From positions 544,001 to 608,000 of the forward strand of contig CAWDVE010000017.1 of NCBI GenBank assembly GCA_963805625.1: 64,000 bases of DNA. The letters are read 5' to 3'. This DNA is from an uncultured Candidatus Rokubacteria bacterium (lineage in GTDB: Bacteria; Methylomirabilota; Methylomirabilia; Rokubacteriales; DASRDR01). This document shows positions 31,569 to 40,694 of this stretch, one piece after another (position 1 is the stretch's first letter; every line of letters begins with the position of its first letter). The notes under the pieces are model-generated. The model had not been told where the DNA came from. It made no database searches and saw only the letters and a program-made list of their open reading frames with translations. Both the position numbers and the translations under genes were made by a program.

Positions 31569-33215
31569 ATGAGCCTGTGGCGATTCTGTGGCCGGCGAGG
31601 CTGGACCACCGCACTGCTGACCGTCCTGGCCCTCTGGCCGGCGATCGGATCGGCGGCGGGACCCGACAACGTCCTCTTCGTGGGCTGGGGGCAGAAGGTC
31701 GACAACCTCGACCCCCAGACGTCCCGCGGCAATCGGAACTGGTGGGTGCTGGCCGAGCTCTACGACACCCTGACCGTCCTGCCGGACCAGAGCCTGCAGG
31801 CGGCGCCGCAGCTGGCCGAGTCCTGGACGATCTCGCCCGACGGCAAGGAGTACGTCTTCAAGATCCGCAAGGGCGTCAAGTTCAGCACCGGGAACGAGCT
31901 CAACGCTCACGCCGTCAAGCTCGCGCTGGACCGGCTGCAGACGATCGGTCTCGGCCCGCTGTACATGACCCGGGACGTCTACAACCGGACCGAGGTCATC
32001 GACGACTACACCGTCAAGACAGTGCTGAACTTTCCCTACCCGGTCTGGCTGGCGATCCTCTCTCAGCCGGCCGTGACGGGCATCGCGGATCCCAAGGTCA
32101 TCAAGGAGAAGTGCGGAGAGCCTACCAAGGGGCAGAAGTGCGACTGGCTCTCCAACAACAGCGCCGGGGCGGGCGCGTACGTCATCGAGGAGTTCAAGCC
32201 GAACGACCGGGTCGTCCTGGTCAAGAACCCGAACTACTGGAAGGGGTGGAGCGGCAAGCACCTCGAGCGGATCATCCTGGAGACGGTCCCGGAAGAGTCG
32301 ACCCGTCTCCTGCGCCTGGAGAAGGGCGATCTTGACGTGGCGGCGGTGGGCACGGCCCAGCTCGCCGACCTGGAGCAGCGCATCAAGGACCAGAAGCTGC
32401 CCATCGTCGTGACCAAGGTTGACAAGAAGGGGCAGCCGTTGCTCAGTCTCTCTACGCAGTGGATCAACCTGAACAACAAGATGCTGCCCACGAGCGACAT
32501 CAACGTGCGGCGGGCCCTCGTCCACTCCTTCAACTACGATCTCTACATCCAGAAGGTCATGAAGGGCTACGCGTTCCGGATGACCGGCCTGATCCCGAAG
32601 GGTGTGTCCGGGAACGTGGCCGACTACCCGTTGTGGCCCTACGACCTGAAGAAGGCGAAGGAGTTCGTCGACAGGGCGTCTCCGGAGGCCCGGCAGGAGC
32701 TGGCGAAGGGCCTGAAGCTCCCCTACCGGCCGGACGGCGTGCTCCAGAAGGAAGGCGTTCTCATGTGGCAGGCCGACCTGGCCACGATCGGCATCAAGCT
32801 GATTCCCGAGGAGGTGGACGCCGCCACGCTCTCGAGCCTGCAGACCTCGGCGCCCGGTCAGCCGATCATCGAGGCGCGCTGGTACGCTGACTTCCCCGAT
32901 CCGGACAATTTCAAGAACGCGGCCTGGACCAAGTACTGGCCGGGCCCGCCCACGATGGGCTACGGCGCGGCCTTTGCCGGCGACGCCAAGACGGACGAGC
33001 TGATCGACCGGGGCCGGTCGGAGATCGATCCGGCGAAGCGCCGGGCCATCTACCGTGAGCTCGAGCTGTACTTCCGCGAGACGGCGGCCACGATCATGCT
33101 GGCCCAGCCGAGCGGCGCCCTCAACGAATGGAACGCACAGGCTGCCTCGGTGAAGGGCTTCGAGTACAATCCCATGATCCATCCCCTGTTCTACAACATG
33201 TACAAGGAGAAGTAG
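31569..33215 (+). CDS. Peptide/nickel (family 5) ABC substrate-binding protein
   Basis: Signal peptide, NLDP, LAESWTISPDGKEYVFKIRKGVKFS, NPNYW, VRRAL; AAGGAGG RBS. Confidence 0.92.
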   Translation: MSLWRFCGRRGWTTALLTVLALWPAIGSAAGPDNVLFVGWGQKVDNLDPQTSRGNRNWWVLAELYDTLTVLPDQSLQAAPQLAESWTISPDGKEYVFKIRKGVKFSTGNELNAHAVKLALDRLQTIGLGPLYMTRDVYNRTEVIDDYTVKTVLNFPYPVWLAILSQPAVTGIADPKVIKEKCGEPTKGQKCDWLSNNSAGAGAYVIEEFKPNDRVVLVKNPNYWKGWSGKHLERIILETVPEESTRLLRLEKGDLDVAAVGTAQLADLEQRIKDQKLPIVVTKVDKKGQPLLSLSTQWINLNNKMLPTSDINVRRALVHSFNYDLYIQKVMKGYAFRMTGLIPKGVSGNVADYPLWPYDLKKAKEFVDRASPEARQELAKGLKLPYRPDGVLQKEGVLMWQADLATIGIKLIPEEVDAATLSSLQTSAPGQPIIEARWYADFPDPDNFKNAAWTKYWPGPPTMGYGAAFAGDAKTDELIDRGRSEIDPAKRRAIYRELELYFRETAATIMLAQPSGALNEWNAQAASVKGFEYNPMIHPLFYNMYKEK

Positions 33216-33427
33216 GAGCGAGCGGCCGGGCGACCTCGCCCGCGGGAACCGGGCACTCTGTCAACGGACGCGGTGGAGCGCATCACCGCGCCGGCTGAAC
33301 GGGTGCCCGGTGCCCGCCGGGTGCCCACGCCTGCGGGGCATGGCCTCGGCGGACCCCGACCACGCCATCGGGTGACCACGCGTGTCGCGGTCACGCCTTC
33401 CCGACCGAGAGAGGAGCCGAACCTGCG

Positions 33428-34570
33428 ATGAGAGTCGAACGCGAGAAGCTCGGCGACTGGTTCATCTACGGGCGCGAGGTTGCCTGGAAGTACTCTTTGA
33501 CGAGCGTGGGCCGGCCCGCCGCGCGCTTCGCGGATCTCGGGCTGACCATCGACGAGGGCATGAGCCTCGACTGGGGCGGGCACTACTTCGGGCCGCCGGT
33601 GCTGAAGCAGCGTCTCGTCCAGACGCAGGGGTACGACCTGACCCCGGAGCAGCTGTTCCTCGCCAACGGCACCTACGAGGCGAACTACGTCTCGGTCATG
33701 GCCTTAGTCGACAAGGGCGACGAGGTGGTCCTCGAGGCCCCGGCCTGGACCCAGGTCGGCGTCCTGTGCCGGGCCATCGGGGCCAACGTCAAGATCCTGC
33801 GCCTGCGCGAGGAGAACGCCTGGAAGCCCGACCCCGATGAGCTGCGCCAGCTCGTCACCGACCGCACCAAGCTCGTGTTCATCAACCACCCGAACAACCC
33901 GACAGGCTCGGTGCTCTCGACCGACGACATGAACGCCATCGTGGCCGTGGCGCGCCGGCACGGGACCTATCTCCTGTCGGACGAGATCTACCGGGGGCTC
34001 GAGTGGGATGGGCCGATCTCGCCGTCCGCGGTGAACGCCTACGAGCGCGGCATCGTCACGAGCAGCCTGACCAAGACGCTCGGTATGTGTGGCCTCCGCC
34101 TCGGCTGGGTGGGCAGCCGTGACAAGGAATTCCTAGACCGGGCCTTCGCCCTCCACCGGTACGGGGTGATGGTGAACGACGTGTTCGGGGAGCAGCTTGG
34201 CGCCGCGGCGCTCGAGCCGGCGACCTGGGACCGCCTGCTGGCGGAGGGGAAGCAGATCGGCCGGCGGAACCGCCAGCTCGTGGTCGACTGGATGGCCCGG
34301 AACTCGCTCTTCACCTGGGTCGTGCCCGGCGGGGCCTTCACCTCGTTCCCCCGCTTCGAGTTGCCGGTGACGTCGTGGGACCTGTGCCGGACGCTCATTG
34401 GCGAGCCCTACGGCACGTACCTCGTGCCGGGCGTGTGCTACGGCGACGAGTTCGACAACCACGTCCGTCTGGGTTTCGGCGCGGAGACGCCCAAGGTGCA
34501 GGCGGGGCTGGCCCAGCTGGAGGTCTTCGCCCGCGAGGCGAGCCGGCGGGAGCCCGCGCTCAGCCGGTAG
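33428..34570 (+). CDS. Class I/II PLP-dependent enzyme (aminotransferase; VioD/capreomycidine synthase-like possible)
   Basis: NHPNNPTG, SDEIYRGL, SLTKTLGMCGLRLGW, HVRLGFG. Confidence 0.9.
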   Translation: MRVEREKLGDWFIYGREVAWKYSLTSVGRPAARFADLGLTIDEGMSLDWGGHYFGPPVLKQRLVQTQGYDLTPEQLFLANGTYEANYVSVMALVDKGDEVVLEAPAWTQVGVLCRAIGANVKILRLREENAWKPDPDELRQLVTDRTKLVFINHPNNPTGSVLSTDDMNAIVAVARRHGTYLLSDEIYRGLEWDGPISPSAVNAYERGIVTSSLTKTLGMCGLRLGWVGSRDKEFLDRAFALHRYGVMVNDVFGEQLGAAALEPATWDRLLAEGKQIGRRNRQLVVDWMARNSLFTWVVPGGAFTSFPRFELPVTSWDLCRTLIGEPYGTYLVPGVCYGDEFDNHVRLGFGAETPKVQAGLAQLEVFAREASRREPALSR

Positions 34571-34579
34571 AGGCTCGCG

Positions 34580-35611
34580 GTGATCCGCTTCAGCCTGCGC
34601 CGGCTGATCCTGCTGGTCCCGGTGCTGGTGGGCATCACCCTCGTCACCTTCACGCTGGCGCGCGTGGTGCCGAAGAACGTCGCCTACGTCTGGGCGGGGG
34701 CCCAGGGGTTCCGGGCCACGCCGGAGGCGGCGGCCCAACTGACGCGCCAGTACCACTTGGACGCGCCCCTGCCGGTGCAGTACTTCCACTACATGGCCGG
34801 CCTCCTGCGCGGCGACCTCGGAACCTCGCCCGTGACGACGCGGCCGGTGATCAACGAGATCAAGCAGTTCCTGCCCCACACCATCGAGCTGGCCGTGAGC
34901 GCCATGCTCCTGTCCGTGCTGCTGGGTTTGCCGATCGGCGTGATCTCCGCGGTGCGCCGCAACACGCTGGTCGACCACCTGAGTCGTCTCACCGCACTTC
35001 TGGGTGTCTCCATGCCGGTGTTCTGGCTGGGGCTCTTGCTCCAGCTGGTCTTCTACTCGTGGCTGGGCCTGGTGCCGGACCCCGGCGGGCGCCTGAGCAA
35101 CCGGATCCGCTACACGAGCCCGGTGCAGAGCGTCACGGGCTTCCTCATGGTGGACACGGTCATCACCGGCAACTGGATTGCGTTCCAGGACGCGCTGGTC
35201 CACCTGATCCTGCCCGCCGTCACGCTGGCCCTGCCCCAGGTGGCCATGATCAGCCGCATGACGCGCTCCTCGATGCTCGAGGTGCTGGGGCAGGACTATA
35301 TCCGCACATCACGGGCCAAGGGCTTGAGCGAGCGGGTGGTGAACTACCGCCACGCGCTGCGCAATGCCCTCATTCCCGTGACCACCGTGGTGGGGCTGTC
35401 CCTGGCCTGGCTCCTGACCGGGTCGGTCGTGACGGAGGTCGTGTTCTACTGGCCGGGGCTGGGCCGCTACGGGGTCGAGGCGATCCTCGCCTTCGACTTT
35501 CCCGGGGTGATGGCGTTCACCATCATCGCCGCGTGCGTGTTCGTCTTCGCCAACCTCGCGACCGACGTCCTCTACACGCGCCTGGACCCGCGCCTCCGAG
35601 AGCGGGGATAG
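34580..35611 (+). CDS. Peptide ABC permease (DppB-like)
   Basis: GDLGTS, SMPVFWLG, RAKGLSE...HALRNA, YWPGLG, LDPR. Confidence 0.93.
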   Translation: MIRFSLRRLILLVPVLVGITLVTFTLARVVPKNVAYVWAGAQGFRATPEAAAQLTRQYHLDAPLPVQYFHYMAGLLRGDLGTSPVTTRPVINEIKQFLPHTIELAVSAMLLSVLLGLPIGVISAVRRNTLVDHLSRLTALLGVSMPVFWLGLLLQLVFYSWLGLVPDPGGRLSNRIRYTSPVQSVTGFLMVDTVITGNWIAFQDALVHLILPAVTLALPQVAMISRMTRSSMLEVLGQDYIRTSRAKGLSERVVNYRHALRNALIPVTTVVGLSLAWLLTGSVVTEVVFYWPGLGRYGVEAILAFDFPGVMAFTIIAACVFVFANLATDVLYTRLDPRLRERG

Positions 35612-35616
35612 GCCGC

Positions 35617-36528
35617 GTGACGGCGGTCACGGAGCCCGTGATCGCTCGCGGCGCGTCGGAGCCGCGTCACGCGCGCGCGGGCGGCCAGCTCCGGCAGGCG
35701 TGGCGTCGCCTGGGGCGCAATCCGCTCTCTCGGGCGGGCGTGCTGATGATCGCCGGCCTCGTTCTCGCGTCCCTCCTCGCCCCGGTCCTGGCGACACACG
35801 ACCCCCGCGGCGTGAACCTGCAGGATCAGCTGCGGCCGCCGAGCGGCGCGCATCTGTTCGGCACCGACAGCGCGGGGATGGACATCTTCAGCCGCGTCCT
35901 GTACGGGGGGCGGCTGGCCCTGAGCAGCGGACTGATCATCCTCGCGCTCTCCACCGTCACCGGCTCGCTCCTGGGCTCGCTGGCCGGGTACTTCGGCGGC
36001 CGCACCGACGAGACGATCATGCGGATCACCGACGTGTTCCTCGCGTTCCCCGGCCTGATCCTCGCCATGGCCGTGGTCGCGGGCGTCCAGCGGCGAAGCC
36101 TGGTCGTGCTGGTGGTGGCCATTGCGCTCCGATGGTGGGCTCCCTACGCGCGCATCATGCGGGCCCAGACGATGGCCGTGAGCGCTCTCGAGTTCGCCCA
36201 GGCGGCGCTCGCCAGCGGCGCCAGCCCGCGGCGCGTCCTGTTCCGCCACATTTTGCCCAACACGATCTCGCCCATCGTCGTGCAGGCCACCCTGGATCTG
36301 GGCTACGTGATCCTGACCGCGGCCTCCCTCAGCTTCATCGGGTTCGGGGTGCCGCCCGGGGAGCCGGAGTGGGGTCGCATGATCGCCGACGGGCGCCAGC
36401 ACATGCGCACCGCGTGGTGGGTCATCACTTTTCCGGGTCTGGCCATCCTTCTGACGGTGCTCGGCTTCAACCTCCTGGGCGACGGCATCCGGGACGTGCT
36501 CGACCCGCGCACGCAGGGAGCCTCCTAA
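35617..36528 (+). CDS. Peptide ABC permease (DppC-like)
   Basis: HLFGTDSAGMD, HILPN, SFIGFG..PGEPEWG, FNLLGDGIRD. Confidence 0.92.
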   Translation: MTAVTEPVIARGASEPRHARAGGQLRQAWRRLGRNPLSRAGVLMIAGLVLASLLAPVLATHDPRGVNLQDQLRPPSGAHLFGTDSAGMDIFSRVLYGGRLALSSGLIILALSTVTGSLLGSLAGYFGGRTDETIMRITDVFLAFPGLILAMAVVAGVQRRSLVVLVVAIALRWWAPYARIMRAQTMAVSALEFAQAALASGASPRRVLFRHILPNTISPIVVQATLDLGYVILTAASLSFIGFGVPPGEPEWGRMIADGRQHMRTAWWVITFPGLAILLTVLGFNLLGDGIRDVLDPRTQGAS

Positions 36529-36588
36529 CCCGATACACCCGTCTCCTGGCACGTCGGTCCGTGGCACTCCGGCTGACGGAGGACCAAG

Positions 36589-36984
36589 ATGGCTGACAAG
36601 CGTCCCCGGGTCATCGGCCCCGATGAGCTCCTCAAGCTTCGCAAGCCGCTTCCCGAGAAGCCGGCCCCTCTCGTCTACTTCACGAACAAGGAGTTCGCGC
36701 GGCTGACCAAGGGTGCCATCGAGTTCCCGCGTCGACCGCGGAGAGCTCCTCTCGCCGCGTTCGAGCCCTGTACTCGGGAGTTGCCGGGCGGGCCTGCAGT
36801 GCCGTCTGGGCCTCTGGAGGGAGGCTGGCGGCGGCCGAGTCGCGCTCGACTGCCGCTGCTCGAGGGTGCTCGTCTCCGCGTAGCGGCTGCCGATGGAGCC
36901 TCATCAGCGCACGGCCCGCGTGGAGCCGGTCTCGTTCGCGGCGCAGCCGCAGGCCCGCGCCCAAACACGCAGGGCGCGCGCTAG
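36589..36984 (+). CDS. Hypothetical protein (N-terminal ~60 aa protein-like, rest doubtful)
   Basis: GGAGG RBS + ATG; coding-like codon usage only in the first half. Confidence 0.4.
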   Translation: MADKRPRVIGPDELLKLRKPLPEKPAPLVYFTNKEFARLTKGAIEFPRRPRRAPLAAFEPCTRELPGGPAVPSGPLEGGWRRPSRARLPLLEGARLRVAAADGASSAHGPRGAGLVRGAAAGPRPNTQGAR

Positions 36985-38090
36985 GCTCTCGTTCCTGAGC
37001 GGGTGAGCCGCGCCTGCGCGATCCCGCCGGGCACCACCACGAGATAGCTCAGGAGCCAGCCCACGGCCCCCGCGATCACGATCGCGCCCGTCCAGAGGTG
37101 CACGGACCAGGCCACGCGCGCCCACATCATGATCGCGAGGAAGTAGAGCAGGTACTGCACGGCGGGAATCGCGAATGCCACCGTGCGAAAGGCGAGGACC
37201 CGGTCCGGCGCCGGCCGAAGCCACACGACCAGGGCGTCGCCGATCAGGCCCGCCAGGACCGCAGCGCCGATGAGCGGATACGGACCCGTGTCGAGATACT
37301 TGTCGTGGATGATTGTCATGAGCGCGACGTTGACCGACAGGAGGACCGTGAGGCTGCCCAGGGGGAGCGGCTGCATTCGCAGGACGAACAGCACCAGCCC
37401 CATCAGCACCGCGGGCTGGACCAGGAAGCCCGCGAGACCCGCCGACAGATACACCTGGCTACCGGTCCGTGGGGTCTCCGTGACCCACGTCGTCGCGTAC
37501 GGGCTCGCGTACCCGGTGAAGAAAGTGATCAGCGAGAGAAAGAGGGTCAGGGACACGACCATGGGCATCCGGGAGAGCCAGCTCTCTCGGACCGGGGCCG
37601 GGTGGTGGAGCCCCGCCCTGAGCGGCCCCGTCACCATGAGCCCGCCGCCGAACGCCAGGGCGAGGTGGCTCGGGCTGATGAGCCCCTCGATGCCTTCCTC
37701 GATCCCGAAGGTCACGTGCCATAGCATGTCGGCCCCGCCGGCGAAGAAGAACACGAATGCGCCGACGAGGGAGAGTCCGTAGCCCGCCGGCAAGGCCCTG
37801 GCGCGCGGCAGGCCCCGGCGACGGTTCCGGCGCACGGTCACCGCGAGCACCACCGCGCCGGCGATGTAGCCGGAATAGAGGACCCCGTGCCACGGCGTGA
37901 AGAACGTCTCGAGCGCCGGTACGTGGATGTGCGCCCATCCGTCGAGGTAGAGGCCGCCGATGAGCCAGCCTCCGAGGAGAGCGATCAGCCAGTCGAATCC
38001 GGCTCCGCCGATGGCCGTGGCGTCAGGGCCGGCCGCCGCCGGGGTCCTGGTCCTCGGTCCGGGCTCGGCTACGACGGTGCGGGCTGCCAT
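36981..38090 (-). CDS. Polytopic membrane protein with two D-x3-H...P-x-H motifs
   Basis: GGAGGT RBS; many TM helices; LDGWAHIH...FFTPWH and ADMLWH...LISPSH. Confidence 0.82.
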   Translation of the reverse strand: MAARTVVAEPGPRTRTPAAAGPDATAIGGAGFDWLIALLGGWLIGGLYLDGWAHIHVPALETFFTPWHGVLYSGYIAGAVVLAVTVRRNRRRGLPRARALPAGYGLSLVGAFVFFFAGGADMLWHVTFGIEEGIEGLISPSHLALAFGGGLMVTGPLRAGLHHPAPVRESWLSRMPMVVSLTLFLSLITFFTGYASPYATTWVTETPRTGSQVYLSAGLAGFLVQPAVLMGLVLFVLRMQPLPLGSLTVLLSVNVALMTIIHDKYLDTGPYPLIGAAVLAGLIGDALVVWLRPAPDRVLAFRTVAFAIPAVQYLLYFLAIMMWARVAWSVHLWTGAIVIAGAVGWLLSYLVVVPGGIAQARLTRSGTRA

Positions 38091-38319
38091 CGAGATACCT
38101 CCGGTTCGGGAGCCCGCCGTGCGCTCTGGCGGATCTCCGGGACGGTCGTAGTGTAGCGCGCCCGCCGGCATTCGCTGCACGGCGGGTGCGTGCGGCGGCA
38201 GCTTTCTCGCAGGAACTCGCGTGACGCTGACGTCGACCGGGGTATTCTCCGCGAGAGGACCGGAGGTTTCTCGGGCGGGCGCCTGCGCGGTGACCATCAC
38301 GAGGAGTCGCTCGGTCACC

Positions 38320-38545
38320 GCGGTCGCGAGCTCGGCGTGGCCCCGTGGCAGAGCGTCCCAGAACGTGTGCTCCACGAAGTAAAGGCCGGTGCGAACCTCG
38401 TCGGTGACCTCCGGGCGTGCCGTGCGCGTCCGGTCGGTGAGTCAGAGCGCTGTGATCTCGGCCCGGAGCGCCGTTTCGGCGGCGGCCTGCTCCAGCGGCA
38501 AGATGTCGTCCCGGTGGAGGTCTGACAGGGTCGCGGCGACGCGCT
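38320..38545 (-). pseudogene. ppc: Internal fragment of phosphoenolpyruvate carboxylase with nonsense codon
   Basis: LRAEITAL-TGA-LTDRTRTARPEVTDEVRTGLYFVEHTFWDALP resembles PEPC 'LWxTDxxRxxRPxVxDEV'; stop at 38442-38444 replaces Trp. Confidence 0.7.
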
Positions 38546-39270
38546 GGTCCGCCGGGATCGCACGCGCCGCGGATCATTCGAGCCGGAAGTCCCGAGTCAC
38601 CAGGAGCTGTCCGCGGTCCCGCCCGATGACCCGCGTCAGCCGCGCGGGACCGAACGCCTCGACGGCGGTTCCCGGCGCTGCTCCCTTCACCCCGATCATG
38701 AGATGCGAGACGAACAGGGCTCGGGTTCTTCACAAGCGGCCACGTGTGCAGGAGGACCAGGAGCACAAAGACGCCATAGACGGCCGCCAGGCGGCCGGGG
38801 CTCTCCGCCTCGCGCCCCCTCGGCGGAATCACGACAGGATCGTCGGCGCGATCACCGATCTCCAGCCCTCACCGGCCCGGTGCGTAGGTCGCCACTTCTC
38901 GGCGAGGGCGCGGATGCCCTTCGGGCGGGGCTCACCGGATCAGCGCGAAGGGCCGCGAGCCTGTGGCGGCAGAGGGACGTGCTCCGGATTGCCGCACTGG
39001 TCACACATGAGTCGCGTTGCGATCATGGCCGACACCTCCCCGTGAGCTCGTCCTCGCGAGGCCATTTTCCTCCGGGCGTCAGGCAGCCGCAAGGCCGCCG
39101 GCTGGCGCAGAGGCGAGGAGACGGCAGCGATCGACGGCGGAGTTGACGCGCCACGGGGAAGGTGTTGTGGTTTCCTGGCGACCCACAGCAACGGGCGGCA
39201 GCCCTCGATGTCCGCGCCGCCCCAGGGTGGCCGTGTGGAGCGGAGTCCCACCTGAACCGGGGAGGCATCG

Positions 39271-39828
39271 ATGACAGACCGGATCATCCTACGCACTGGC
39301 GAGGCACTCGTGACCGGAGGGCCGCCGGGCACGGCGGCAGAGCCCGAAGTCGTGATCGGCGCCCTGGACGGCCCGGTGGGCACCGCGATGGCCACGCTGA
39401 TGGGGGGCCAGGTCAAGGGTCACACGCGCGTCTTCGCGCTCCTCAACACCGACGTCCAGGTTCGCCCCGCCACCCTGATGGTCAGCAAGGTCACGGTCGG
39501 AGGGGAGAAGGCGACGAAGTACACGAACATCCTGATGGGCACGGTGCAGGCGGCGATCGCGCACGGCGTGCTCGACGCCGTCCGGGCCGGCGACCTGCCG
39601 AAGAGCCAGGTCAACGAGCTTGGCATCATCTGCGCCGTCTGGCTGGCGCCCACCATCGTCGACGTCGTTGATCTCGACCACCGGCTGCTGTTCGACATTC
39701 ATCGGCGAGGCATGGCCAAGGCGATCGGCAAGGCGATGCGTCACGAGCCGTCGATCGACTGGCTGCTCGAGAACCAGGACAAGGTCGTCCACCGATACTT
39801 CCAGATGGGGCTGGAGGGAAAGATCTAG
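39271..39828 (+). CDS. fae: Formaldehyde-activating enzyme (Fae) homologue, divergent type
   Basis: GEALV, VIG..DGPVG, RPATLMVSKVTV, GTVQAAIAHGVLDAV, EPSIDWL; GGAGG RBS. Confidence 0.85.
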   Translation: MTDRIILRTGEALVTGGPPGTAAEPEVVIGALDGPVGTAMATLMGGQVKGHTRVFALLNTDVQVRPATLMVSKVTVGGEKATKYTNILMGTVQAAIAHGVLDAVRAGDLPKSQVNELGIICAVWLAPTIVDVVDLDHRLLFDIHRRGMAKAIGKAMRHEPSIDWLLENQDKVVHRYFQMGLEGKI

Positions 39829-40150
39829 CTCCAAGGGCGACGCGCTGTCGCGGCCCCGGGAAGGTCCGGCGGTGTCCGCCGTGCGGTCCGATACGGAGGA
39901 GCCCTCGCCGCTTGCCGGCCTGATGGCCGGCGAGCGGCGAGGCGCCGGCTAGCGTTGCCGGAGCCGCGCCTCGATTCGGTCGCCCTCCTGCAGGCCCTGG
40001 CGAGGCCTGGAACTCGTGCGTCGTTTGGCTCCAGTCGAACTTGACGACCTGACCTGCAGGAATTGGAGCGCAGGCCCCGGGGTCTGAGGGTGCCCGTCAG
40101 CGCGAGAGCGGTGAGGCCTTACGAGGCGCGAGCGCCTCTCGCCGCAAGGG

Positions 40151-40672
40151 TCACGGCAGCTTCTTCAGGAGGCCCTCGTAGACTCGGTCGTTCCGGGGGC
40201 CGCCGGTGGATCCGCCCCGGTCCCCGAAGTACGAGGCCGCCCGGCTCACGATCCGAACCTGCAACCCGCCGGTCGTCAACGCGTAATCGGCCTCCTCGGT
40301 CACGTACTGCTGCTCGAGATAGCCGCCGCTTGTCCGCTCGAAGCCGGTGTGAAGGACGTACGCGACCCCGCCCGGCCGCTTCACGACGGATGCCACCGCC
40401 ATCGTCATCACGCCCCCACCCGGCGGCACGAACTGGATCTGTCCGGGAGCGGAGAGCTCGACGGTCCGGACCAGTCCCTGGTTGTTCTCGTAGGTGAACA
40501 GGAAGTAGCCGTTCTCGCTGAAGGTCGCCGTGAACTCGACCGCCTGTCCTTCCACGGTGACGGTGCCGCGCCACGTACCGGTGAGGTCGTCCGGACGCGC
40601 AGGCCGGGCCGAGAGCAGGAGGACGGACGCGAGTGCGACCACGAAGACTCTGAGCCTGGGCGCCCTGTTCAT
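40151..40672 (-). CDS. Exported hypothetical beta-rich protein
   Basis: Signal peptide then DLTGTWRG; coding-like composition. Confidence 0.7.
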   Translation of the reverse strand: MNRAPRLRVFVVALASVLLLSARPARPDDLTGTWRGTVTVEGQAVEFTATFSENGYFLFTYENNQGLVRTVELSAPGQIQFVPPGGGVMTMAVASVVKRPGGVAYVLHTGFERTSGGYLEQQYVTEEADYALTTGGLQVRIVSRAASYFGDRGGSTGGPRNDRVYEGLLKKLP

Positions 40673-40694
40673 GATCCCGCCCGTCGCGAAAAGG

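Noticed and set aside
38442-38444. In-frame TGA in the ppc-like fragment as a second Sec codon
   Set aside because: It replaces a conserved Trp in a fragment with no start; an ordinary TGG-to-TGA nonsense change is simpler.
39140-39270. Riboswitch (e.g. ZMP/ZTP or THF) upstream of fae
   Set aside because: I could not match any consensus by eye; an Rfam scan would be needed.
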